Notes: a model not told the origin generated them from the letters alone. A DNA stretch of 64,000 bases from Octopus vulgaris (GCA_951406725.2 OX597827.1:682001-746000); one strand, 5' to 3'; shown: positions 1 through 11,752, numbered from the stretch's first letter. Program-made: numbers and translations.

Positions 1-1068
1 AAATTGAACAGTTCATAGAGGAAAAGGGCAAACCAGTGTTAGATTTCCAATCACCAGAATGGCTGCAAAATTTAGCATTTAGCGAGGATATTACAGAGCA
101 CTTGAAAAATTTGGACAAAATGCTTCAAAGCCGTAAAAAAGTTGCCACACTGTATTTTGAAAGCATAGGCACATTCAGGCTGAAGCTAACTTTGTGGGAG
201 ACACAGCTGTCAGGTGGTGACCACAGCTGTCAGGTGGTGACCCTACTCATTTTCCTTGTCTAAAAGATGTGATTGCCACCACAGATAATGTTGACGTGAA
301 TCGGTACAAAGACAATATCACGGGATTGCTGCCGGAGTTTGAGCAACGGTTTCAGATTTTTGATGAACTTGAGACAGATTTTAAGATTTTCGCTCACCAT
401 TTACAGTCAACGCCTCTGATCTGCCTATCAATATCCAACTTGAAATGATTGACTTGCTGTGTGATTTGAAGAACAAATTTACTCCGGAGGGCTTGGACAC
501 ATTTTATCAGTATCTCTTGCCAAAGTACCCCAAATTGACAGTCCTTGATGCGAAAGTTTTGTACGTGTTTGGGAACATGGCTTTGTGAACAAGTTCTTCT
601 CTGTTATGAGCATCAATAAAACAAAGCTGCGCTCAAGGCTCACCCATAAGTATCCAAAGAACATCCTGAATTTGGCCGCTACTCAGGATTTGACGCCTGA
701 TATTGATGCATTTGTGAAAGAGAAAATATGCCAAGTTCCAGGAACATACTGAAAATAAATGATAAAAAAGAATAAGTTTTTTTAAATGGTTTTCAAAGTG
801 TTTTTTTTATATTTGTAAATTGTATACATTTACAAGGCAGAGTAATAATACAGTCTTTTTTAACAGTTCCCACTTTCACTTGGTCAATGAACATACTGTT
901 CTTCAAACAAGAACATTTTCAGAATGTACCTTTTTACTCTAAAACAAAGGGAAAATTTTGAAATTGCTATTTGTAGGTTCTTATGCCATGATTTTACTGG
1001 TCCGGCTCGCTTGAGATCAAATTGGATTGATATGTGGCCCGTGAACTAAAATGAGTTTGATACCTCTA
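1..1068 (+). mobile_element. Decayed hAT DNA transposon, 3' part (GTF2IRD2/SPIN-like transposase remnant plus right terminus)
   Basis: ORF 36-263 (EWLQNLAFSEDITEHLKNL...FRLKLTLWETQL) and broken downstream frames resemble the C-terminal half of Charlie/SPIN-type hAT transposases. The end TGGCCC...ATGAGTTTGATACCTCT (1035-1067) resembles a typical hAT right end. Confidence 0.75.
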
Positions 1069-1369
1069 CTGTAAAAGGTAGTGATAGATAGGCTGATAGG
1101 TGGATGTATATACAAATGGATAGATTGTGGAAGTGAGAAGAATTGAGAAATGTCAAAAGAATAATTCAAAGTTGACTAACAAAAGTGAGAACCCAAAAGT
1201 GATTATTGGACTGAGAGAGGAATTGAGAGTTTGGAGGAAGAAATAGTCTGAAGTTGTAAAAGACAGGTGATAAGAATGAGTAGAAATGTGGAGCGAAGAT
1301 GACTGGATAGAGAGAAGGATTGAAGATGGCAGGAGAAATACCTTAACTTGTACACACACACACACACAC

Positions 1370-1441
<72 letters not shown>

Positions 1442-1605
1442 CCGCGCTGAATAAGTAGTAATGGAGAGTAATGACTGGATAGAGAGAAGAATTAGCGATG
1501 CCAAGAAAAATATCCTAACTTGTACTCTCTTTGTCTCTCCCTCTCTCCCACCCACATACAAACATTGATATATACTAACACACACTCATATATTATGTGT
1601 GAGTG

Positions 1606-1703
<98 letters not shown>

Positions 1704-3699
1704 CACACCATGTGTTATACGTACATATATATATATATATACACACACATATACACATATAATATATAATAAAAATATATATATAATACATTATATGTAA
1801 TATATTATGTACAATATATATTTATATTATATATATATACATATAAATATATGATATATGTTATATTATGAGTGTATATATCTATGTATCGGTGTTTGTG
1901 TGTGTGTGTTTATCCACACAAGCAGTAGAACAATATTGATGATCAGATAGTGAGCTTAGAATGACAGAAGAAAACTGGTTAACATTATAGCAGAGAATAT
2001 TGGAAATCTCGAAAGCGGTTTTATTACGCGCGCGCACGCACACACACACGCGCGCGTGCGCGCCACACAAAGTCCAAAATGGCTTGCAACATTACTAGTC
2101 ATGTCAGGTCTAAAACTCTGTGCTTGGGTTGTGAAAGAATGAAGAGTGTCAAACATCAATCAAGACCACCTGAGATAGCGGATCTGCGCTATTCTACGTG
2201 GTCACTTTCCTTGCTAGACATAACAACTAAATCCAACCCAAATTACATTATATTCTCTTAAGAAAAAAAAATATAAAAAGGAATAGTATCTTGTATGATG
2301 TTGTCTTTGACGCATTATAATATGGAGTGGTCGTGGCTGGAATGTCTTTTGTCACGGGCTTGTTTGATTGTGTGTATGCATGAAATAGCAAAATATGGCT
2401 CGGGCGGACGACGAAAGAACAGACAGGAAACAGGAAGAGACCCACAAAAGACGTGGACGTTCATCCTTCATTAGCTGTCGACCAAATTCATCACAATTTT
2501 GACCCCTTATCGATAAAAATACTGTTCAGTTTGCTGGCGTCAACATCAAAATGAGCAAGAATAAGGGACATAACGGGGAAAGTACAAAAAATAAAAAATA
2601 AAAAAGACAGGGTTTTGAGACCGAACGGTAAAAGGGACGACTTATGAGGAGCACAAGACGGAAAAGCATATGTCCACCTGTAATCGCTTGGCAACCGGTG
2701 TTGGTTTGTCCCTGTTACTTAACGCTCCGACAAAAGAAAACGATATAATAAGCAAGCAGCTTAACCACACAACCATACTTGCGCCTGTCCTATATGTATA
2801 TCGTTTATGTATATATGCGTACATATATACACATATAAACACATACAACCACATATATATTACTTCCTTTTCAATCAGTGGTCAGCTTCCACCTCAATAA
2901 CAAGTACACCTAATTGTAGTCTTCACCCAGCTTCTAGTCATTAGTAGCAGATAATTCAAAATTGCTAGGAGTCTTGCTCACAATAGAAACGTATATTCGT
3001 GACTAGAATTATGTGAATAATTACTTGCTTGTTTATAATCGAATCTAACGACGTCCAACCATGTCCTTCTTCCCGTGTATATTCTCTGATGATTGCTTAC
3101 CCCAATCCTTGATCGCAGAGGAAAGGAGACAGCAGGGCTGGTGCTACATCCAAGACACACTTGATGTTTGCCAAGGGTCTAGAATATGGGTGCACCATAC
3201 AAATTCTGAACCACTTAGACGTAACTGAAATAGTATTAGATTAAAGTTGCCATCCCATTTGTGTACTATAATTAATATATATACACCATTAGACGACATG
3301 ATGCTGTGGAATTGTCTGAGACAAAATCTCTTCACAGACTTGTGTTACAAACAATATATATCGGAGCGAGGTGAACATGATCACGGAACGACTGATGTAT
3401 TTCGCCTTTCTTGACGTTTATCAATGCCTTGCATCAGATTGTCAACTGCTTAACATAAATCATGCCTCGATATACAGAAACATATTTACACGTTTCTCCA
3501 GTCTACTTGGCTGAAAATGAACATCAACCTAGAGCAGGCCTCCAGCCCCCTCTCCGATTAGTTGTTTCCCATCCCTGCTGTTCTGCTCGGTCAAGATGTG
3601 ACAGGGTCGAGGGCGCTATCAAGTCATATTCGCTTACGAGTGGTGGCAAAATGCGGGCGTGACCCTGTGTTGCGAAGTTTACATAGGGCTCCTCCCAGG

Positions 3700-4390
3700 A
3701 TTCAGTTTTCGTTTTACAGCATTTTTCGATCTAGGAATAGTTAAATTCCAAGTTTGTTTGATCTGAGGGGGTCTGATATTTATTTTTAAAAATGGGTAAA
3801 CTCAAGATTCTAGATTACTTGTTCATAGATCACGAGTTCAAACTCGCTGCAGGCATTTTATTGTATTTCTGTACAGAAAATTTGATTCAGCATCGATTTA
3901 GTCTCCCTGAACTTTCTAAGGAATTATGCTCAACAGAAAGTCACCCTGTTCAGAGTAAGTTTTATCTCTCATTCACTTCACCCCATGAAACTGAAATCTT
4001 TATCTAGGTTATTTTTCTAGCAGATTTTATTTGTAGATGTTGCTGTGTTTTCGTTCTGTGGTTAGGACACTGCTGTAAAATAAACAGGTACGATTGAAAT
4101 ATATTCCTCACGTGTCCATTTATGCCTTTTTAATTTTATCCGCGAGAATAAGGAATCACGTCCGGTCCTTTATTTTGATGATCATCATTTTCGTAGGGTA
4201 CCGGTCCATTCATTTCTGGTATCAAATGGTTTTTCACGAGTAGGTTTTCATACTTTTTGTGTAACAAGTTCAAAAGTACGTATTTCCCGTTTGTTATCCT
4301 TGTGTTGAATAATACAGGTTTTATTTAATTTATTTTTCATTTTTTATGTATGGTGGTTGGGGACAGAGATCGTCTGATGTTGATTGGACG
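3700..4390 (-). mobile_element. Possible 5' remnant of an R4/Dong-type non-LTR retrotransposon
   Basis: Minus-strand peptide HKWTREEYISI (~4091-4126) resembles the N-terminal motif of R4/Dong ORFs, and the segment starts directly at an (AAT)n run. Very degraded. Confidence 0.35.
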
Positions 4391-4419
4391 TTATTATTAT
4401 TGTTGTTGTTGTTATTGTT

Positions 4420-4503
<84 letters not shown>

Positions 4504-4690
4504 CATTTAAAATTTTTTTCAATTTCAGATTATGAAAAGATGAAGCACCATCTTGGAATTCCTGGTTCCAGAATAAACATATAAAAGGTTCATGAATTCC
4601 AAGAACCATCTCAGAGATCATTTGTCAAATAAACTGGACTTAAGAAGAAAAACTTTCAAAAATCAAAAGACAGATGTTCCTGTCATGCAT

Positions 4691-4756
<66 letters not shown>

Positions 4757-4773
4757 ACAGACACACACACACA

Positions 4774-4817
<44 letters not shown>

Positions 4818-5056
4818 TACACACGGAACGGGCCAAAAGTCGCGCCCCAAATAAGCTCTGTACGCTCAAGAATTGTCAGACATACTTCAACTTTTCTAAA
4901 ATTGAATAAAACAATAGTGATGAATCCACACGTATTTGTGCATGATGGACAAAATTAATAATAATAATAATAATAACAACAACAACAATAATAATAATAA
5001 TAATAATAACGTATAAATAAAATGTTAAATGTTTTGTTGCGTGAGTTTTGGTCCAC

Positions 5057-5107
<51 letters not shown>

Positions 5108-5207
5108 ATATATATATATGTATGTATATATATACACACGCACACATATATAAATATATGAGGGAAGAGAGAGAGATATTATATAAGCGCGTGTGCATGT
5201 GTATGTG

Positions 5208-5253
<46 letters not shown>

Positions 5254-5656
5254 AGTGAGTGTGTGTGTGTGAGTGTGTGTCTGAGTGTGTGCGTGTGTCT
5301 ATACATATCTATAAATAAATCTGTATGTACGTATATGAATGCATATTACTTTTTCTTTGTATACGCGTCTAACAAATTGTAAATTAAATATGTAATAAAA
5401 TATAAAAGAAAATATATACATACGATGAAAACGAATCCGTCTTACTCACTCTAGGATAGAAAAGAAAGTGGGGTGGCATGAAATTTAATGTATACAATGC
5501 AACCCAAATACACGTTTGATACCCTTAAATGTTTGATACGAAAAACTATACGCAATAACTTCCGAGTTGTATTCTCATACATGAATACAGCAATGTGAAT
5601 ACACACACACACACACACACACACACAGTTGAAATTTATAGAAAAACAAAAGAACA

Positions 5657-5720
<64 letters not shown>

Positions 5721-6244
5721 CGCATTACAGACGCGCGCGCAAGCCCACACGCACATACACACATACATGCACGGATACACGAACATAATGGAACTGTCGT
5801 AATAAAAAATAATTGATAGCTAAACTCTGCTGGCTAATAAGTGATTCATCTCATTGAAAACAGCACATTGACTTTGTGTTCTGTTGGAATATTGGCCCAC
5901 TTGATACTTGAGTGAAATTTATCAAATAGAATACATACATACACCGAACTTTAGAAATAGCAACCAAAGAAAAACTAGCTATTTCTTCTACTGTAAGAAA
6001 CAACTCCCAGACAATATATGCTCAAAAACATATCACGTAGGCAGAGATAGAAAATAACGAAATTCACCCGGCATTTGATTAACTGTGTACGCGTTTCGAA
6101 ATTAGAGAGATATGAAAAATGCAAGAATCGCATTTCCATTCTAATCACTTTTCGCATCAGCACAGTATTTCCATATATTCTAAATTTGGTAGCACTGAAA
6201 AAACCTGAACATACCTAGTTTTTTTGGCAGCTATTTCTAAAGTC

Positions 6245-6630
6245 TCCAGAAGTTTTCGACCAAATTTCCCGGAATTTAGAAAATCCTCGGAACTTTCCAG
6301 GACATTTTGGACCAATTTTCCAGGAAGTTAGATAATCATCGGAACTTTCTAGGAAGCTTTCGACCAATCCTTGGAACTTCCCATGAAATCCTCGGAACTT
6401 TCCAGGAACTTTCGACCAATATTTCAGTAAGTGGGAAAATCCTCGGAACTTTCCAGGAAGTTCCGACCAATTTTGCAGGAATTTACAAAACCCTCGGAAC
6501 TTCCCAGGAAGTTTTCGACCAAATTTCCCGGAAGTTAGAAAATCCTCGGAACTTTCCCGGAAGTTTCCGACCAAATTTAGAAAATTAGAAAGTTAGAAAA
6601 TCCTTGGAACTTCTTATGAAATCCTCGGAA
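6245..6630. repeat. ~52-bp minisatellite, about 7 diverged units
   Basis: Unit AAATCCTCGGAACTTTCCAGGAAGTTTTCGACCAAATTTCCCGGAAGTTAGA recurs, with anchors at 6282, 6334, ~6438, ~6489 and 6541. Confidence 0.9.
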
Positions 6631-6782
6631 AGCAAACTTCCAACATGGTTGGAAAGCAAACTTCTGAACCATACACACATACGCACATATATATATATAT
6701 ATCCTTAAATCCTTAAATCCTTAAAAATGTTTTAGCCCGAAGGCCGCGGCCATGCTGGGGCACCACCGCTGAATGAGCCACA

Positions 6783-9416
6783 CTAGTTTGTGAATCCACC
6801 TCTGATACGTGGCACTTGATCAACAAGGGAGTTCGATGCTGCTGCCCGCATCCGTGTCTCCTGTCGTGAGGTAGGTTCATCTGGGACTCCCAACAAGAAG
6901 AGATCCAGTTTAGTTTTAAAGAAACCCACATCCACACCATGTAAGTCTCTCAGGCATTTAGGGAGGATGTTGAAAAGCTGTGGTCCTCTGAAACCCAAGC
7001 TGTTGCAGTATCTGGACCTGTATTTTGATGGTGATGTTGGAATCCTTGGCACCACGCAGCGGCGCCCCGTTCTGCGGTTGGAGTAACTTTGAATGCCAAA
7101 GTTTGGGACAAGACCCTCCAGGATTTTCCAGATGTATATTACTGCATATCTCTCCCGCCTCCGCTCCAGGGAGAAGAGGTTTAATACCTTCAGTCTTTCC
7201 CAGTAGCTGACATTTTGCATTGAGACGATTTTCTTTGTGTAGCTTCTCTGAGTTGCTTCGAGTTCTGCTGTTTGTTTTATATTGTGTGGTGACCAAAGTT
7301 GGGAGCAGTAGTCCAAGCGGCTGAGGACAAATGTTTTCCATAGGACCATCAGTGTCTCCTTCTCTCTTGTTCTGAAAGTTCGGAGAATCCATCCAGCTAG
7401 CCGTCTGCATTTTATCACCAGATTAGCAATATGCATTTGGAAAGATGCATCATTGCTCATGTCAATGCCCAGGTCACGCACTGATTTTGACTCAGGGATT
7501 GCAATTCTTCCTGGGCCAGTGTATCCAGTCTTCACGTCATTTACCTTTGTGTGCCAGTAGCGCAGGGCCTGGAACTTACCTGCATTAAACTGCATGTTGT
7601 TGTCCTCAGCCCACCTGTATATTGTGTCCAGCTCATGTTGCAGATGCGCAATATTTTCAGGGTTCTGTATTGCGTGGGAGACCTTTGTGTCATCTGCATA
7701 GCTAGCAAGGGTGGTCATCGTAGCAACTGAAGGCATGTCTGAAAGGGCCACTATGAACATCAGTGGCCCCAAGACAGTGCCCTGTGGGACACCGCTTGTT
7801 ATTTGCGTTTCCCTGGAGGTGGCTCCATTGCTCACAACTGCCTGTTTTCTGTCTTTTAGGAAGTTGTGCAGCCACTCTCCAAGTTTCCCGCCTATGCCGA
7901 GACCACGCAGTTTGTGACAGATCATACCATGGTCGACTTTATCAAAGGCTTTTGCAAAGTCAAGATATATTACATCCACATTTGAGCCATTTAGTAGCTG
8001 TTTCAACACCCAGTCATAGTGTTGCAGGAGCTGTGTTAGGCAGCCTCTACCTGGTCGAAATCCATGCTGGGTGTCAGACAGTAAGTCATTTTCTTCAAGG
8101 AACATGATTAGTTTCTTACGGACTATTCGTTCCATGACTTTGCTGATGTGTGAGGTCAGAGAGATAGGCCTATAATTTTTAGCATCTGCTCTGCTACCTC
8201 CCTTATGGATAGGGCATATTACCCCCTCTTTCAGTTTGACTGGGAGCTTACCACTTGCAAGAAAGCTCTGAAAAAGAAGCTGTAGCGGTTTTGCAAGGGC
8301 TCGTTTGCACGATTTGAGAAGGATCGCTGGGAATCCATCAGGTCCAGCAGCTGAGTTTGTGTCAATCTCATCAATGGCTAGTGTGATATCATCTTCTTCG
8401 ATGTTGATGTACTCAATTTTTGTCTCTTTGGCCGCTGGTAAAGTGGCAAAGAATTCTTCTGGGTTGTTTACTTGCCTGTGTCCTAGAGGTGTAGTGAATA
8501 CACTTTGGAACTGTTCGTTCAGTATTTCACTTATCCTCGTGGGATTTCCTGTGAGAGAGCCATCTTTTTGGAAGAGAGGTCCTATTCTCTGGTGCACTGT
8601 GGCTGTCTCTTTGGCAAACTTAAAGAAAGCTTTAGGGTTTGATTTTATATTTTCTATTACCCAAGCTTCTTTATCTGCTCTCTCCTTTTCATGGGACTGA
8701 TGTAGACTTTTCTCAGTTTCCATTAGCATTCTTTCGAGCCGAGACTTCTCACCACTTTTGGTGTGCTTGCTGAGGCGGTTTGCAATCCTTGTCCGTCGTC
8801 TCATAAGAATCCTCCTTTCTCTAGGGATCCTGTTTTTATTCTTGTGTGTGCTGGCCCTGCACATTGGGACATATTTGTCACATATGGCTTGTATTATGGA
8901 CATGAAGTGTTTGTGTTTCATGTTTATGTCCGGTGTGGAGAGACATTCAGGCCAATCCTGTTTGAGGATCTCTTTCTCAATCGACTTCCAGTTGGCTTTA
9001 TGAAAGTTTAAGTTGGAGAGATGGTGGGTGCTTCGTATAGGCTGTGTGTCTGCGGGGGCTTTTGTTCCATACGTAGACAGCTCTATTATGTTGTGATCCG
9101 AGATCATTGTCGGCATCACATTAACATTATGGATAATATCCATATTGTTTGTAAAGCAGAGATCCAGTATATTATCTGCCCTTGTTGGTTGCAGAACTAT
9201 TTGCTCCATGAAAGAGGTATTTGTGAGATGGAGCAGGGACTCCACCTGTGCCTGCTGATGGTGTGTCATCCCTGGGAGCATCTGCCCCCCAGGCCATTCC
9301 ACATTGGGGAGGTTAAAGTCACCCATGAAGAATACACTGTTGTGCTGTTCAAGGTTGGTGAGGACTTCTCCTATTTTTGTTAGGCAGTCTTCAAACATGC
9401 CTGAGAGTGTTTTGGG
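6783..9416 (-). CDS. LINE ORF2, remainder: end of APE domain plus reverse transcriptase
   Basis: MGDFNLP, LDLCF and SDHN (APE); AGPDG, NYRPISLTS, QHGFR, YLDFAKAFDKVDH, GVPQGTVLGP, YADD and RDLGI (RT). No internal stop over ~880 codons. Confidence 0.97.
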   Translation of the reverse strand, partial: PKTLSGMFEDCLTKIGEVLTNLEQHNSVFFMGDFNLPNVEWPGGQMLPGMTHHQQAQVESLLHLTNTSFMEQIVLQPTRADNILDLCFTNNMDIIHNVNVMPTMISDHNIIELSTYGTKAPADTQPIRSTHHLSNLNFHKANWKSIEKEILKQDWPECLSTPDINMKHKHFMSIIQAICDKYVPMCRASTHKNKNRIPRERRILMRRRTRIANRLSKHTKSGEKSRLERMLMETEKSLHQSHEKERADKEAWVIENIKSNPKAFFKFAKETATVHQRIGPLFQKDGSLTGNPTRISEILNEQFQSVFTTPLGHRQVNNPEEFFATLPAAKETKIEYINIEEDDITLAIDEIDTNSAAGPDGFPAILLKSCKRALAKPLQLLFQSFLASGKLPVKLKEGVICPIHKGGSRADAKNYRPISLTSHISKVMERIVRKKLIMFLEENDLLSDTQHGFRPGRGCLTQLLQHYDWVLKQLLNGSNVDVIYLDFAKAFDKVDHGMICHKLRGLGIGGKLGEWLHNFLKDRKQAVVSNGATSRETQITSGVPQGTVLGPLMFIVALSDMPSVATMTTLASYADDTKVSHAIQNPENIAHLQHELDTIYRWAEDNNMQFNAGKFQALRYWHTKVNDVKTGYTGPGRIAIPESKSVRDLGIDMSNDASFQMHIANLVIKCRRLAGWILRTFRTREKETLMVLWKTFVLSRLDYCSQLWSPHNIKQTAELEATQRSYTKKIVSMQNVSYWERLKVLNLFSLERRRERYAVIYIWKILEGLVPNFGIQSYSNRRTGRRCVVPRIPTSPSKYRSRYCNSLGFRGPQLFNILPKCLRDLHGVDVGFFKTKLDLFLLGVPDEPTSRQETRMRAAASNSLVDQVPRIRGGFTN

Positions 9417-9796
9417 GCGTCTGGTGGGCGATATGTAGTGCATATGACGATATTCAGTTGTCTTATGTGTACAATTTGAGTTTCACATACTGAGTTTGAA
9501 TATGACAGCAGGACCTGGGGCGTGAGGTCATCTCGGATGTACATTGCAACTCCACCATGGCTCCTCCCTTTTCTATCTGTGCGTATGACTGCATATTGCG
9601 GCATGTGTATTTCTGCATCACCTATATCGGGTTCAAGATGCGTTTCTGTGAGTGCCATGCATATAGCTTGATTGCATGTCACAAGGTCTCTCAGGAATGA
9701 AATTTTCTTTTTACAGTTTCCGCGCAGCAGCCCTCCTACATTCAGTAGAAATATTTTTGTGGTGTGTGTGTTGGTGTTGGTGTCTGTGGTGGCCAT
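9410..9796 (-). CDS. LINE ORF2, N-terminal part: APE-type endonuclease (before the frameshift)
   Basis: Motifs LLNVGGL, ALTETHL, DRKGRSHGGVAMYIR and YRPPD. First ATG at 9796; the frame switches at ~9410-9417. Confidence 0.9.
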
Positions 9797-10638
9797 CCTG
9801 CATCTGTTGGAGGTGGCCTTATGTGGTGGTAGTTCCAGCTTTGTGCTTGTAGCCAGGTCAGCTGCTGAACAATTTTTTGTGCCATGCACAAAAAAGACTG
9901 CTGTTCAGCTGCCGCCCTTCTCACATCTGGGTGAAGCTGGCCACCTGTTGGGTTTCCGCGCACCACATCTGCATACCGTCTTTCAGTAGTGGTCAGTGCG
10001 CTTTTTTCCCTTCTTTTAACTTTTTGTTTTTGTTCTCCCTGAGGGAGGGACCTCTGTCTCGCGTCCGTGCGGTTTTGGTAGGGCCTCCGATGTGCAAAGC
10101 GACAGTTTGCACCTTCAACGCCGTACCAGCAGTCCCCCCTCAGGTAGAATTTGCAGGTGTTTCTTTCCCTGCCCTTACAGTTTTTGCTGGGGTCCCTCTG
10201 CTTTCTCTGGACAGGGCTTCCTTTAGCCTTGATTCTGTCACCCTTTACCTCCTGCTTCCCATCAATTCCAGGGTGCCTTTCCTTTCTTGCGGCCATCGCA
10301 CCTCTTTGGTCTTCAGTTGTGGTGTTGGAAGCTGGACATGTGTCATCGTTTCCCTGTGTTCCAGGCTTCTCCATTTGGCTCTGGATGCTTTCCTCATCCT
10401 TTTGGCCCTCCCTGCTGCCGTCACCTCCCAGGATGATGTCCAGGGTGTCCACATGTTGCCTGATTAGAGCGTACGAACGGATAACTTCTCTCTTCTTTCG
10501 CTCTATCTGGGCGGTGGTTCTCGAAAAATTGTTGCTTTTCAGCGCCGCAGCAATAATTTCGTTCGGCGAGTCGTCCTCAGCGATCTTCCAAGCGCGGACG
10601 AACAATTGCACCTCTCTCGCAGACCAGTTTCTTGCCAT
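9742..10638 (-). CDS. LINE ORF1 protein, 298 aa: Myb/SANT-like (trihelix) N-terminus plus CCCH zinc finger
   Basis: Intact ATG-to-stop ORF upstream of ORF2. WSAREVQLFVRAW...IIAAALKSNNFSRTTAQIERK matches the Myb/SANT-like pattern; CKFYLRGDCWYGVEGANCRFAH is C-x7-C-x8-C-x3-H. Confidence 0.8.
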   Translation of the reverse strand: MARNWSAREVQLFVRAWKIAEDDSPNEIIAAALKSNNFSRTTAQIERKKREVIRSYALIRQHVDTLDIILGGDGSREGQKDEESIQSQMEKPGTQGNDDTCPASNTTTEDQRGAMAARKERHPGIDGKQEVKGDRIKAKGSPVQRKQRDPSKNCKGRERNTCKFYLRGDCWYGVEGANCRFAHRRPYQNRTDARQRSLPQGEQKQKVKRREKSALTTTERRYADVVRGNPTGGQLHPDVRRAAAEQQSFLCMAQKIVQQLTWLQAQSWNYHHIRPPPTDAGWPPQTPTPTHTPQKYFY

Positions 10639-11081
10639 TTTCTTCTAGTGAAATATAGGAACAGAGAGAGAGATAGAGAAGGAGAGATATGGAGAGGGAG
10701 AAGAGAAAGGAGAAAAGCCAGGGGGGATAGAGAGAGAGACGAGGGGATTTTCCTGAGAGAAGAGAGAAAGAGAGAAAATAAGAGGGAAAAAAGAGAAAGG
10801 TGAGAGAATGGCAGGTCAGCAGGGGGAGAGTGAGCGGGATAGAGGTGTAGTAGAAAGGGACAGGGTGGAAAAGTGAGACAAGAGGGTGGACCCTATATAT
10901 GCACATACACGTACACACACACATATAGACACACATACACATACGCACACAAACACAAGCATGCATACACACATATAATATATACATGTACGCTGGTATG
11001 CATAGATATGTCATACACATATATACACATATATAATAAGTATTTACTTACGTGTATATATATATTTATACATATACATAC

Positions 11082-11134
<53 letters not shown>

Positions 11135-11166
11135 TATATATATGTGTGTGTATATATATATGTATG

Positions 11167-11207
<41 letters not shown>

Positions 11208-11645
11208 GCAAATACACACACGGGTGCGCACCGCACAGTCACTCAGAAAGTCGTAGCAACTGTATAGAGACGTTGTATAATTCTACAGATTTCTACAGAA
11301 TTCTCCTGAAGTAGAAATAAGGCAGAAAAGTATGAAAAAGAGAAAAGAAGGAAAGGTAAAATAAATATGTAAATAATATGAAATAAAATAAATAAAATCT
11401 TTGAAAACATATGAATGGTTTCTTAGAACAATATTTTCTATACAGATTGGCAGCTTGAAAAACTTTGGTAAATTCTGTTAGCTCCAAAAAAGATAGAATA
11501 CAGTGAAAGACAGCATGTGGAAGAATGGCCAGCAAAATAGGTATTAGAATGGAATGGAATAAAGAACTGAATGTCGGAAGGATGTGCGGGGAAAAGGTAG
11601 AGGGAAAGAAGAATGTAGAAAGATGCTAACATATAACAAATGTAC

Positions 11646-11707
<62 letters not shown>

Positions 11708-11710
11708 GTA

Positions 11711-11752
<42 letters not shown>

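Larger units (their letters stand above)
6702..10893 (-). mobile_element. Near full-length LINE (CR1/L2-group-like; exact clade not determined)
   Basis: Pyrimidine-rich 5' UTR (~10893-10639), ORF1, APE-RT ORF2, short 3' UTR with a stem-loop, and a (TTTAAGGA)3 tail at 6702-6725. Both ends abut TA dinucleotide runs. Confidence 0.95.

Noticed and set aside
2990-3660. Possible L1/Tx1-type RT remnant on the minus strand
   Set aside because: Only faint motif resemblance (LGCSTSP); too degraded to support without a profile search.
6215-6588. ORFs with repeated GKFRGF peptides as a gene, or the repeat as a CRISPR array
   Set aside because: They are a by-product of the 52-bp minisatellite. There are no unique spacers, no cas genes, and the context is eukaryotic.
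6958-10648. Overlapping and antisense ORFs inside the LINE
   Set aside because: Shadow frames of a GC-richer coding region with no recognisable motifs.
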